Shown piece by piece: positions 51,819 through 64,000 of a stretch of DNA of 64,000 nt. The notes below the pieces were generated by a model. The model was not told the origin of the DNA and searched no databases. It was given only the letters and a program-made list of their open reading frames with translations. Location of the stretch: assembly GCF_009834535.1 (NCBI RefSeq), contig NC_045696.1, positions 11,534,001-11,598,000 on the forward strand, given 5' to 3'. Source of the stretch: Camelus ferus. Lineage: Eukaryota. A program made the position numbers and the translations under genes. How positions within the stretch are numbered: the stretch's first letter is position 1; every line of letters begins with the position of its first letter.

Positions 51819-52159
51819 AATGGGTACAAAGTTTCTGTTTGGGGTGATGAAAAAGTTTTGGAACCATACAGTAATTATGATTGCACAACATTTTGATTGT
51901 ACTTCATGCCACCTTAAGTGGTTAAAATGGCAGATTTTATGTTATTGCTACTTTGCCACAATTTTTTAAAATTACATTAAATTGAAAAAGCCAGAGCTGG
52001 GGCCCAGAGCCCTGATGAAGGGCGTCACATCCGACCTGCTCTTGGTTCTCTTGGTTCTATGGGAACCCAATGATTCCTGACCAAAAGCCCTGGAAGACCT
52101 GCTCAGCAACCAAGAATTCAGAGTTTCAAGGTCACTGCCCTGAGGAAGTTGGGTTTTTC

Positions 52160-52592
52160 TGTAACCAAGCAGGACCCTGTGGGACCTTCCCGGGACAGAC
52201 CCTTCTGTCGTACCCTCTGCTGCAGCTCCTCTCTGAGGTGCTGAGATGATGGTATCTCATGTATATTTCCTGAGTTTTTTAGATGCTAAAAACTGCCACC
52301 AAATGGAAGAAATTAACTACTTGATGATCGTGGTCACATAGCCCCCAGATCGTCTGGTGCCTAAAGACTGATCACCATCAACCAGAGAATTGTGCACAAG
52401 CTGATCACATACCCTGTGACCCCGCTCCCTCACCTGGCTTTGCTGGAACTCTTCGGGGAGTTCAGGGGTTTTCTTGAGAATGAGCTCCTCGTTCTCCAGT
52501 CTTGGCCCTGCAATAAACGCAGTAAACCTTCTCTGCTCCAAACTCTGACCTTTAGGTATTTTTTTTTTTTTTGGTCTCACTGTGCATCAGTA
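52160..52592 (+). mobile_element. ERV1-type solo LTR
   Basis: Starts tgtaaccaagcagg; gaattgtgcacaagctgatcac; poly(A) signal in tgcaataaac; 3' boundary approximate. Confidence 0.7.
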
Positions 52593-52899
52593 AAATTTCC
52601 ACCCTCTTTTCATTCGTGATCACAGCTGGTTCTAACGAAGGTATTTTTCCCATGGGCTTTTCTCTGAGAGAAGAGCTGCAGACCAAAGTCTGAGAAGCAC
52701 GTCAAGCACCATTCTTTGATCTGAGCGTAGAGATTTGTTTCATTCCATACTCTTCTTCTGTGATTGGGGTAGCGACTGCTAACTAAATAGCCCCCACCCG
52801 CAGAGCAGCACGGTCTGTCCTTCCCCTATGTAAAGCTCACCTTCCTTTCAGCCAGGCTTTCCAATATGGAGCCCACGTGGTCTAGGAGCCACACAATCC

Positions 52900-53128
52900 A
52901 GCCCTCGGTGGGGGGCAAGAGTAAATTATTAGAACTCTCGTATTTATTTCCCATCTCGCCCTTTTTTAACCTCGATTTTTACATGTGTTTTGTAATGCTG
53001 ATAATATATTAGAATAGTGGCACATATACATTATTGACAAAAATAAACATACCTATATATGTGGGGCACACTTACAATTTTTCTTTACTGATAAACATAT
53101 TTGCTCAAAAAAGGTAGAACACCAGGGC
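52900..53128. mobile_element. hAT-Charlie-like DNA transposon fragment
   Basis: AT-rich body ending ...ctcaaaaaaggtagaacaccag. Confidence 0.35.
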
Positions 53129-53787
53129 TTTTGGATCTCTCGGGGGAGAATTTGTGGCTCAACCCTTCTGAGTTGGGGCTTACTATGGAAAAATATTTTA
53201 TGATTCCACTCATATGAGGTACCTACAAAGGCAACTTCACAGAGACAGTAAGTGGATTTTCTACTGCTTCCTGCCTCCTGACTGATGCTCTTGGTCCCCT
53301 TCCCAGGCTGGCCCTTCTCCTGGGCCTCCTCTTTATCCACAAATGACCAATGACACAAAACCAGTTTGCACAGCAGAATTACTGAGAGTTTGAGGGCAAT
53401 AGAAGGGGATTATAACACAGAATAGTCAGCAACTTAAAGTTAAATATTTGACATCAATGTTCTGGAATGTTTCTTGTTTATTCTCACCATTGGGAATTTT
53501 GCCTGGCCCATCTCCTCCTCAGGCCCTGGCCTCCTACCAAGTCGCTGGGCCCCTCCTCTCTCATGAGAGAAGCCTGCTCCATCTTTCTAGAACCTCCTCC
53601 TTTACAGGTCTCCAATAATTTCCAGATTCCTGCTACTTGATTACGCAGAACAATGCAATGCCATCACTGCTCACATCTCTTCCAGACTCTCTGCAAAGGC
53701 TTTGCCTTTGACAACCAAAATCTGCCTATGGAGGTATTTCCATAAACTAAAAAGCAGTTCCTTCCTTGGGTAGATTCTGCAGTCTTC

Positions 53788-53967
53788 CCAGATGGTGATT
53801 CCCAGAATGTGAGCCTCAAGCATCTGAATCATGTAAGCACTTATTTTAAACCCAGATCCCCAGGCCCCACCAGCCCAGTGCTGCAGAATCCAACTGCTGG
53901 TAGAGGTGGCCTGGGAACCTGCTCCCCCAGGTGATTCTGGTGCACACCCAGGTTTGAGAACCACTGG
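53788..53967. mobile_element. MER5A-like hAT-Charlie MITE
   Basis: cagatccccaggccccacc...ctcccccaggtgattctggtgcacacccaggtttgagaaccactg. Confidence 0.8.
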
Positions 53968-53997
53968 CCTCGAAAGTAGGTGACTCGCCTGCAGATA

Positions 53998-54211
53998 CAG
54001 ATGACCTTTGAATAATGCAAGCATTAGGGGCACCCACCCTCCATGCAGTTGCAAATCTGAGTATAATTTACCGTCAACTTTCCGTATACATCGTTCTCCA
54101 TATCCGCGGCCGGGATGTCATGAAGTACTGTAGTATTTACTGTTGAAAAAAAAAAAATCCGTGTATAAGTGACCTGCTCAGCTCAAACTCATGTTGTTCA
54201 AGGGTCAATTG
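53998..54211. mobile_element. MER8/Tigger2-like TcMar MITE
   Basis: TIRs cagatgacctttgaataa / ttgttcaagggtcaattg, each flanked by a TA target duplication (53996-53997, 54212-54213). Confidence 0.85.
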
Positions 54212-54706
54212 TATTTGTTTTTCTTTCTGTCACAGCTGGTTTGCTACCAAATGTATTGAGGGCAAATTTATCTTTTGCCCTGTTATCCAACCCACACCTG
54301 TGTTCAGACTACTTTTCCAAACCACACACACACCTCTGACAAGTGTTTAAATGTAACCCTCCAGGTAGATGAGTTCCACAGGTTCACAATTTAGTGACCT
54401 GATGGGGGCCCTGTAAAGATTAGACCAAGGCATCCCTTACTCTGGGGACAAAGCCCCACACCAGGGTGAGATGCTTACCAAGTGGATGTGGACTGGGGTT
54501 CAGCTGGGAACTCTTGTCAGTAAACAACATACATACCCTTGTCTTTGGAAGAAACCCACCAAAATAATAATCATCTTAGCTCCCTCTCTCAGATGTGGGC
54601 TCCCTAGAGGAAAGTGAGCAGGAGCTAGTGCCTAAACTTCCTGGGACCAGGATAGCAAACACCTGAAGCATCTATAGCCAAGCTGCTAGGAAAGGTTTGT
54701 CTTCTT

Positions 54707-55161
54707 GATAAGCGTTAAAGAACAAATTATTCTGACACTTATTAAAATGGTAAGGAAGACTTTATTTAGGACTATTGCAACAGGTGTCAAGACTATCCCA
54801 ACAGGGGAGAGAACTAGGGCTCAACTTCAAATACAAGGACGGGTTGGAATTTAGAGGCAAGGAACAGGGGGAGGGGACCAGGGATGGGAAATTACTGAAA
54901 GGAGACATCAAGGGTAGGGGATTTTTGCTGAAGGTAACCAAGGTGATCAGATATCAAGGGTGGAGGATGAAGAATTTGATGAGATATCAGAATGTTCAGA
55001 TACCAAGAGTGGAGGATTTCTCTCTAAATTGACTTAGCAGGATTCTTGCTACAACTAGGCCACGCAGACCCCGAAAGGAGCAGAAGCAAGGTGGAGGTCC
55101 AGTTGAGAAGAAGACTCAGAGGAGCTCGACTAAAGTTTGGTCAAAGAGAGAATCTTTGTTA
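54707..55161 (-). mobile_element. MER31-like ERV1 solo LTR
   Basis: Reverse complement begins taacaaagattctctctttgaccaaactttagtcgagctcctctgagtc, resembling the MER31 5' end. Confidence 0.7.
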
Positions 55162-56639
55162 TTACTCAATTGTATCATAGTTTGTCTTCCTAATTGTTCC
55201 ACGAAGTAATTCTGGTCTAAAACACAGCAAAGTGCTATCGAGGTACGCTGGGTGGGTTTGTTCCTTCACCAAATGGCCCCAGTAGATGGCTTCCCAAGTT
55301 CTTAAGTCAAGTTCTAATACTTTGGCTGTCACTATTCCTACTATTCTGGTAGTTGTCATTTTTGCTATTGTCACTAGACTTGCCTTTCCAACTTGCTGCG
55401 TCCAGTCTGCCGAGAACTAGGGAGCCAGACTGCTAGCTTTGTGCGCAGTCTGTCTCATTTGAATGTTGGAACTAGGATGCTAGAATCCTGGTTGATTGCT
55501 CCCCCTGGTCAAATTCCTCTTTAAAAGCCTCGGACTACACATCCTTACCATTTATCATTTTTCTCCCTCCTTATGGGAGAAAAAACAATAATCATATCCA
55601 TAAGTGTTTTATTCAAGAAATAAAAGCCAGGTATATCTCATTCAGAGTTGTAAATTTCACAGCGTTGCAAGAAATTAAATGCATGGAAGCTTGCAAATCT
55701 CTTGCGAGAAATCTGTTCCAAAGAAAGGAAAGAGGTGGGCCCATTAGGCTTGCCCCAGTCAGGCAACGGAGAGGTGATTGGGCATGCTTGCTGTCAGTCA
55801 CATTTGCCTCGCGAGCGAGCGGCCGTGGAGGGTCCCACACTTTCTCGTCCTTCTGAGCAGACCCTGGTTGCAGGCTCCTCTGAGAAGAGGGCTTCTTGGT
55901 CTGCTCAGACCCGTGCGAACGTAAATCATCTCACTGGCAGAACTCTGCTTGATTAGATCTAAAGCTGTATTATATTTTTTGAATAGAAAATAAAAGGAAA
56001 GCAAAGTGACACTGGGAGGATTCCAGGTGTCCTGAAACATTCACTGACCTCAACACCAAGAATTGGGCTTGAATCAAAGGAGAGAATCCACTCTTGATTC
56101 TGGCCAACAAATGCAGTGCCTTTTTAATGTTTTAAAGTTAAAATAATACTTCTTTTTCAACTGTTAGGGTCTAAAATAAAAAGAGAGAGGTCGAATGAGG
56201 ACCAGAGGAGCTTTCCTGTGAACACAGTTGGTAAACTTCAGGGCATGGATTTTGTGACACAGGGGCTTACTGACTTGTAAAGTTTCCAGCTTTCTTCAAA
56301 GCTTCTGGGTTAATTCCAAATAGTTGAGCTCACTGGGTAATGAGTTGCTCCCTTGAAAAAAAAAAACAATATAAATAATTTGCACTTAGAGAGTGCTGCT
56401 TTGTCCTAACACACATTCTTTTGCCATGCTGAACACTGGAGTTCACAGACGGGGTAGGCGGTGTCCCTCTGCCGAGCCAAGGGCTTTTCTTTCAGGCTCC
56501 TGAGAACACAGGTGGCCTTTGCTTTCTCCAGCAGTGGGTCTGTGTCCTGTCGTCACCATCCTCACCTGGATGGCTGCAAATGGCCCCCATGGCTGGCTCC
56601 CTGATTATGGAAATGGTGTAGCCTCATTCTAGCTCAACG

Positions 56640-57220
56640 TTCTTCAGAAAGTTGAGGCTATACATCTATGTTAAGAGAGTGTGAAAGTGTGTGTGTGTCT
56701 GATTGAAATTTAAAATTTCACGAAATAATACTTAACCCTTGTTTTAATTTGCTAGGGCTGCCATAACAAAGTTCCACAGCCTAAGTGTTTTAAACAGCAA
56801 TTTATTTCCTCACAGTTCTGGAGCCTGGAAGCTAAGATCAAGATGTTGACAGGGTTGTTTCCTTCTGAGGCCTCTCTCCTGGCTTGTACATGGCTGGGTC
56901 CTCACACAAGAGGGTCTTCCCTCTTCTCCGTCTTATAAGCATTGGATTAGGACACACTCTAATGGCCTCATTTTAACTCAGTTACCACTTTAAAGACCCT
57001 ACGTCCAAATATAGCCACCATCGGAGGTCCTGGGGGTTGGGACTTGAACGTGTACGTTTTGGAGGGACACATTTCAGCCCATAACACCCCCTCTGCTGCA
57101 TCCAGGTGCAATCTGTTATTTTCTATTCTGTTCCTGTTTCAAAAAATACTAGGAGAGATGCTCTAAATTTGACTTCGTGACCCAATGATGGGACACAACC
57201 CAGAGTTTGAAAAACACTAT
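56640..57220. mobile_element. hAT-Charlie-like element split by the MaLR LTR
   Basis: 3' end cgtgacccaatgatgggacacaacccagagtttgaaaaacact resembles a Charlie terminus. Confidence 0.55.
56740..57086 (-). mobile_element. MaLR (MLT1A/B-like) LTR inserted in a DNA transposon
   Basis: tgttttaatttgctagggctgccataacaaag...ggagggacacatttcagcccataaca. Confidence 0.85.
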
Positions 57221-58717
57221 GTAGCATCTTGGCCTTACCCTGTGATCTGATGATTGGCAGCTAAAACCTTGATAAAGAGTCAGAAAGCACAGCCCTCAGA
57301 TCATGACTGGGATCCTCGCCCGTCCTCAGGGAGACGTGGTGAAGTGAAAGGAGCAAAAGCTTTGGGTGAGTCACACCCAGCTAGAAACCCCAGCTTTATC
57401 ACTCACTCCCTGTGTGTTCCTGATCTGTGAGAAGGCCTGGAGCAGAGGGACCACTGGAACATCCTGGCTTCCTTCCTTCCTGATTTTGTACATCCAAGAT
57501 GGTTCCCTAGGTCCTGATTCCAGAATTAAATGTTGGTCCTGCTATGTCCTTTCATCTCCCCACACAGATTAGGGGCAGAATGGGCCAGTACTTCCCCAAA
57601 GGAAATTTTACTTCTCATTCACACAAATTCCCCCATAAATCAGAAACTTCATTCTCTGTGAGTGTGTTTTACAGTCATCCCTCTTCCCCATGCCTCAGAG
57701 AACTGAGTTTCATCTTATATAAAGGAGTTCCTATAATTAGTGTTTCTAATTTGAATTATTTTTTAAAAGGATGGTTAACATCCTTACCTTTTTTTCGATT
57801 TCATTCCCAGTGAATTAATGCTAAGTGAATTTCTTTTGTGCAAAATTAGATTTTTTTCTTTTGAAAAAAAAAGCCTTTAAGTATTAAAAAAAAAAGTGAG
57901 CTGGTTACTAAATATGAATTTAAATTCTTGCCACCTACATCTCGATGTTCAAGGAAGTTTCTTGGGCCCTCAACATCAAATAATCAGTCCTGATAGCCAA
58001 GCAAGGCAGGCAGGTGCTGTGTATGAAGATGAGGATGCTGCTTCCTTCCTGGAAGAGGTGCACAGAGAAAACCTGAATTGGAGATCTGCAGGCTAAGAGA
58101 AAAGGAAAATTCAGACACAACTACCCACAAAGAACACTGTACACAAGAGAAACTAAAAGGAAGCACGTGCAATAGAAAAAAATGTGGGCCCTGTGGTACC
58201 CTGAGTTTCTAGGATAGCAGACACTTTCATCAAAACCCACGCTGGAGCATTTTCCACTTTCTGGCTGAGAAGATGAGGTGAAAGGTGCATTTGAGGAAAA
58301 TGATGCCAACACCATTTTTAAGAACAGAAAGGATCCCTGTGGTGGCTGAGTGGGGAAACATTTCTCGACCACTTTTTGATTATATGTCTCTCTTTTGTTC
58401 TCCATTTTCACCCACTTCCTTCCATCTCTACAATCTCACCCCCTTCTCTCAACCCACCACCTCGCTTTCAAAGTTATTTTTTCCTTCTCTTTTGAGTTTC
58501 CTTTTTCACTCTCCCCTTTTAGAGGCATCTTCAAGCAGTCCCCAATACCATGCATAAGCCCTCACCCCTCATCCATATATCTCTGTCCCACGATGTGGAA
58601 TTTAAGGCATCAGAGTCTCTTGACATGGATTCTAGATTTTGTAGTACACACACTGCTGTGCTATGCTACCCTTTAGTTCCTGCCGTCTGAGAGCTTACAA
58701 TCTACAAAAGACAACAT

Positions 58718-59115
58718 ATAGTGATCTGCTTGTGCTGGGTAACAAACAATCCCCCAAATTTCAGAGGCTTCCAGTGTCAAACCTTTATTTCTTGCTTCTG
58801 TGATAGGAGGACTGCAGGTCAGCAGTGGCTTTGCTCCAGGTGGCAGTATGACTTCAGTTCTGCTTCACAGGTCTTCTCACTCTGGGACCTAGAATGGAGG
58901 AACAGCCCCATGCTCATGCTGTTCTCTTGCAGAGGGCAGGAGTACAAGGGGCCAAGCCAAACCACACAATTGCATCTAAAGCTTCTGCTCTGAGGTGGCC
59001 TCAGTGATGTTTGCTCACATTCCGTTAGTGACAGCAAGTCGCATGGCTGAGTCTGTCAACATGCCCTATCTACAGGGAAGGAACAAAGAGTTGTGACCAA
59101 AACTAAACCTACAAC
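58718..59115. mobile_element. MaLR (old MLT1) LTR
   Basis: gctgggtaacaaacaatcccccaaatttcagaggctt...tttatttcttgc...tgctcacattccgttagtgacagcaagtcgcatggc. Confidence 0.65.
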
Positions 59116-59684
59116 AAACAAGTGTGTGGACATAGGAACAAGCAGGAGACCAGCACCAGACAGGAGCAGACATCTAGTAGCTGATGATTAATGAATTAGC
59201 ATTTTCATCAATCTGGGTAACTGTTTGTCTTTTAAAAAAAAAAAAGTGTTATTTGCAGGATAAAAAAGTTAATTGTGGTTATTATTTTTAAAAATTGGAA
59301 GATACAGGGGTAAAAGAATAAACAGGATAGAAAAAAAATCCATAATATTGCTACTCAGAGACAAGTTTAGTACATCTTCTTCAGGAATTTTATCTATAAG
59401 TGGGTGTGAGGGGGAGAGGATAGTTAAATTGCGATTATATGTCAAGGTTTTATATCTTGTTTTTGTTCATTAACATTGTGTGCCTTTCCCCATGTCAGTA
59501 AAAACCCATCACAAATCTCATATTATATAAATGTGTTATTTTTATAATGTAGAAGAACAATTTACATCCTCCTATTATTGAACATTTATTGGCCTCTGAA
59601 TTTTTATGCTACTGTAAATATTTCTGCAATAAACATCCTTATAAATACATTTTTATGGTATCTATAATTATTTCCTAAAGATGG

Positions 59685-61240
59685 AATTTATCAAGGTATA
59701 ATTGACATACAGTACACTACATATATTTAAAGTGTGCAATTTGATAAGTGTTGACACATGTGTGTAGACACACATGAAACCACCACCATAATCAGAAATA
59801 GATGGTGAACATACCCATCACCTCTAAAATTTCCCTTCTGCCTCTTTGTAATCCCACCCTTTCACTCCTCCCTACCCTATTCAAACTATTAGGCAGCTGT
59901 CACTATAGGTAAATTTGCTTTTTTAGAATTTTATAAAAATTAGAATCATTTAGTATGTACTTTGGGGGGCTGGCTTCAATCCCTCACATAATTATTTAGC
60001 GATTCACGCACGTTGTTGCATGTATCAATTCAGTAGTTCCTTCCTTTTTATTGGGCAGTAGTATTTCATCATGTGGACACATTTGACTGTTCATGGATAT
60101 TTCTATTGTTCGAACAATGAAAACTTGCTTCCAGTTTTTGACCATTACAAATACAGCTCATATGAATATTCATGTCCAAATCTTTGTGTGGACATATGTA
60201 TCCATTTCTTTTGGGTAAGTGGGTAAGTACAAAGAGTAGAATGGCTGGTTAAGTGAGAAACTGCCAAACTGTTCCAAAGCAGTTGTACCATTTCACATTC
60301 ACATCAGTGGTGTATGAGAGTTTCAGTTGCTTCGCAGTTCATCAACACTTGACCAGGCCAGTCTTTTTAATTTTAGCCACTGTAATAGGTGTGTAGTAAT
60401 CTCTCAGTGTGGTTTTAATTTGGTTGTCCCTAATGACTAAAGATGTTCATCTTTTCATATGTTTATTTGCCATCCATAGATCTTTTTGGGTAAAGTATCT
60501 GCTCAAATTTTTGGCCCACTTAAAAACTTATATTGTTTATTTTCTTATTATTGAATTTTGACCATTCTTTGTATATCCTGTATACAAGTCCTTTATCGGA
60601 TATATGATTTGAAAACATTGTCTCCCTGTTTGTGGGTTGTCTTTTTCATTCTTTTATAGGAGATTCTAAAGAGCAAAAATTTATATTTTTTAAAAATTTA
60701 ATGTGTATATAATTCCCCATTCCTTCCCTCTCTCCAATCCCTGGTAACCACCATTCCACTCAGCTTGAAGGAATTCCCTTCTATTCTAGGTTGCAGAGAG
60801 TTTTATTAAGAATTAATGTTGGGCCCTTTTGGGCTCCCTCCTCTTCGGATACAGCCCACAGTCTGTCTATGGGGCGTGTACCTACTTTTGCTTTAACCTG
60901 AGCACCCAACTCCCACACCACCTTCCTTGCTTTTCTCCTGCCTTACACTCTAGGCAGTATGTATCTCTCTAAATAAATCTACCTTTACTCAAAAAAAAAA
61001 AATTTAATGCTGCATTTTGTTAAATGTTTTTCTGCATTTATTGAGATGATCATATGGTTTTTCTTTTTTATTCTGTTCATGTAAGTTATTATTTACTTTA
61101 TTTTGTTTTATTATTATCTTGTTAATATAAATTACATTGATTGATGTTCATATGTTAACTCAACCTTGCATTCCTGGAACAAACCCTATTTAGTCATGAC
61201 AAATTATTTATTTTACATATTGTTGAATTCAATTTGCCAA
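59685..61240 (-). mobile_element. Old L1 (L1MB/MC-like) 3' region
   Basis: ggtataattgacatacagtacac...gagaaactgccaaactgttcc...tgcatttattgagatgatcatatgg. Confidence 0.8.
60822..61002 (+). mobile_element. Processed (polyadenylated) ERV LTR U3-R fragment
   Basis: Homologous to 63735-63902; ends aataaatctacctttactc+A12; TSD 60808-60821 / 60999-61012. Confidence 0.85.
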
Positions 61241-61247
61241 ATTTTTT

Positions 61248-61712
61248 TCCTTTTTTTCTTTTCTTTTTTATTAAGTTACAGTTGATTTTCAATATTATAT
61301 TAGTTTCAGGTGTACAACAGAGTGATTCAAAATTTTTATAGGTTATACTCCATTTAAAGTTATTATAAAATATTGGCTATATTCCCTGTGTTGTATAATA
61401 TATCCTTGTAGCTTATTTATTTTATACATAGTAGTTTGTACCTCTTAATCTCCTACCCCTATCTTGCCCCCACTCTCTTCCTTCTCCCCACTGGTAACCA
61501 CTAGTTTGTTCTCTAGATCTGCTAGTCTGTTTTTTTGTTGTTGTTATAGTCACTATTTGTTTTATTTTTTAGACTCCACATAAAAGTGATATCATACAGT
61601 ATTTATCTTTCTCTGTCTGACTTATTTCACTAGTATAATACCCTCCAAGTCCATCCATATTGTTGCAAATAGCAAAATTTCATTCTTTTTTATGGCTGAG
61701 TAATATTCCTTT
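61248..61712 (-). mobile_element. Cetartiodactyl-type L1 3' end
   Basis: agttgattttcaatattatattagtttcaggtgtacaacagagtgattca...ttttttatggctgagtaatattcc. Confidence 0.8.
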
Positions 61713-62419
61713 GTAACTAACAGTGTCTGCCCTGGAAAGCTCTTATAATTAGATATCTCAGAACTATATCTTCATTGATAGAAGAGACATCAGTCTATTG
61801 CTGAGATTTAGACAAAAAGTATGTGTTGGGTGGGGGAAGGGGCCATAGAGTCTTTACTGAAGATGACTGGTGAGTGCCTTGAAATGCCAGTGCTACAAAA
61901 GCCTTTCCCTTTCATTCTTTCTTTCCCTTACTTCAATTGTGTTTGTCATTTTATTTTTACAACTGCCCTCTTCCCCCCTCCAAATTCCTTTATGACATTT
62001 CCTGCTTGAGGTCTTTTTTCTTTAAGTTTCTAAATTACCAACCTCCCTCTGGGCACTAAACAAAATGATAAACAAAGCATCTGTGAAAGCCCTCAGGAGC
62101 ACAATGAAAGCTGTTAGGTCTCTGCCCTCTGCCCTGGAGTGTCTTTGATAGCTTGGAAAAGATACAATGAGAATCAACAAAGGAGAAATTTCTTTATTCC
62201 AAACCAATAGTCATGAAGCTGAATGTAGGCTAAAGGAAAGTGGGGGTGGGGAGGAGAGTACACGTGGGAAGGGAAAAAACAGAAAATATTGACTTCAAGA
62301 CTTACAACACATAAAATAAATAGAAAACAAAGCAATATTCCCACTGATGCCCTACACAACACCCTACACTCCAAATAAGTTATCCTCTTCTTCCTGTTTT
62401 CTCCTAGCTGTGTTTATCA

Positions 62420-62990
62420 TGGCAGTTAGCACATAGTCAGCTAGAGGTAATAAAAAATGTAAATTCCTAGGGTATTAATTTTTTCACATATTAAGTCCAG
62501 AGGGAAGCCCTTTCTGCCATTAGTTTAGCTGCTCAAGCTCATTAAGAACCCAACTCTTTTCACTCTGCCACCCTCCATTTGTTGGCTTTTTGTCTTTGTG
62601 TCTGTGGCTTCATGGTCACAAGATGGCTGCCACAGCGCCAGGATTCATAGCTGCATTCAAAGTCAGGATGCAGTGAGGCAGCCAGATAGAGAGGGCTGAT
62701 GCTCTTGCCTTCCATCAGGGGAGTCAGGAATATTTTTCACAAGCCCTCAACAGACTTCCCCTCTGTCTCACTAACCAACTTGGTCACGTGGCCCTTCACT
62801 AGCTGCAGCAAAAGTGAGTACCTAGCAAATGGTATTAGCTTAGCCATGATTGGCTTAAAACAAATCACAATTCATCCCAAAGAGCTGGGCACATTGGTGT
62901 GCACCCCACCCCACCCCACCACAAATAATCAGAACTCTGTTAGCAAGAAAGAAAGCAGAGAAATGACAGGTCACCAGGTCTGCCAAGCTC
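62420..62990. mobile_element. MaLR (MLT1K-like) LTR
   Basis: catggtcacaagatggctgcc...cagacttcccctctgtctca...gccatgattggctta. Confidence 0.65.
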
Positions 62991-63342
62991 ATCTACACAT
63001 GCACCTTTCATCCTGTTCACCTATCCTGTAGTGGCCTTGCTGGCCCCCTCCTCTTACTCAGGGTCATTTCATACTTCAAGACCCCAGCTGAACTTGCTGC
63101 CTTTAGGACCCACCCAGGACCTCAGCTCCACCTGGAGAAGAGGCTCAGCTGAGCAATGACTCTGACCCAGTAGAGGAGTCTGACTTCCAGGGTTTGAATC
63201 CTGGCCAAGCCTCTTTTTGATTATGGCCTTTAAGGAATTGCTTTGATCTTCCAGGAATGAGGATCCTTCAGTTATTGCATCTGTACAAAGAATGTGAATA
63301 GAATGACTGGCACGAAGCTGTCTTCAGTTTTAAATAATGGTT

Positions 63343-63374
63343 TGATGGATGGATGAATGGATGGATGGATGGAT
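63343..63374. repeat. (GGAT)n tetranucleotide repeat
   Basis: Direct inspection. Confidence 0.85.
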
Positions 63375-63394
63375 CACACCTACCCCCAAAGAAC

Positions 63395-64000
63395 TGAGAC
63401 AGGAGGAAAGGGGGCAGGGCACACCCATTTAACAAATGACAGCAATTTAACACAAAAATGGTGGAAGATTCAACTCCCAGTTGGCCTTGAGGATTAAGTT
63501 GGGAGGTTTGACTTCTAGCAGACCTTGAGCTTCATTATATGCTCATTGTAACAGCATGATAAATAACATGCCCACGGGCACCATGACAGTCCCCAGGCTA
63601 ATGCCAAAAGGCCAAAGAATGGGTGGTGGCCCAGTTCCTGGGAATCCTAGCCCCTTCCCCAGGGTAGTTGGAATGATCCCACCTGTAGGTGTGTGAAGTT
63701 ACTGAGACCATAAAAACTGACACCATGCCTTGCCGCCCTTTTTCGCTCCCTCCCCTCCAAAGATGGCCCGCACTCTGTCTATGGAGTGTGTACCTACTTT
63801 CACTTCAACCTAAGCACCCAGTTCCCACACTTCTTTCCTTGCCTTTCTCTTGCCTTACACTCTGTGCAGTGTGTATCTCTCTAAATACATCTACCTTTAC
63901 TCAGCTGTGGCTCACACTTGAATTCTTTCCTGTGTGAAGTCAAGGACCCACACTTGGTGGGGCACGTTCCAGGAGCTCAACCGAGACCTGGGACATGGCC
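63395..64000 (+). mobile_element. ERV1-type LTR, cut off by the window end
   Basis: Starts tgagacagg; TATA-like cataaaa at ~63709; poly(A)-signal-like AATACA at 63884-63889 followed by U5-like sequence. Confidence 0.75.

Larger units (their letters stand above)
49075..51975 (+). mobile_element. Old L1 (L1MA/MB-type) ORF2 3' half and 3' UTR hosting four nested insertions
   Basis: Collinear L1 sequence resumes after each insert, e.g. atttgcaaatca|...|tttgcagatcatatatctgataagg. Confidence 0.85.

Noticed and set aside
56704..56720. Short perfect inverted repeat tgaaattt-a-aaatttca
   Set aside because: Short, AT-rich and within a DNA-transposon fossil; expected by chance.

Overview
Mammalian genomic DNA, most likely from a camelid. 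The inference rests on three Vic-1-like tRNA-derived SINEs, cetartiodactyl-type L1 3' ends, and no Alu, BovB/Bov-A or PRE-1 elements that I could recognise. The only recognisable protein-coding sequence is the first coding exon of HUNK (minus strand, 16629-16889, 87 codons) in a CpG island. Positions 1-16628 are HUNK intron 1, and about 18.3-64 kb is upstream DNA dominated by L1, L2, MIR, MaLR/ERVL/ERV1 LTRs and DNA transposon fossils. I see no new gene system. The most notable structures look like products of L1-mediated trans-mobilisation: (1) a 5'-truncated, polyadenylated, TSD-flanked olfactory receptor (OR5M8-like) retrocopy nested in an old L1; (2) a polyadenylated ERV LTR U3-R retrocopy whose uncleaved LTR counterpart lies in the same window; (3) a ~3.3 kb apparently full-length ORF1-only 'half-L1' element with candidate TSDs; (4) an unidentified, possibly retroposed ~0.8 kb segment split by an L1. 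Repeat family names come from my recollection of consensus sequences, not from a search, and most repeat boundaries are approximate.
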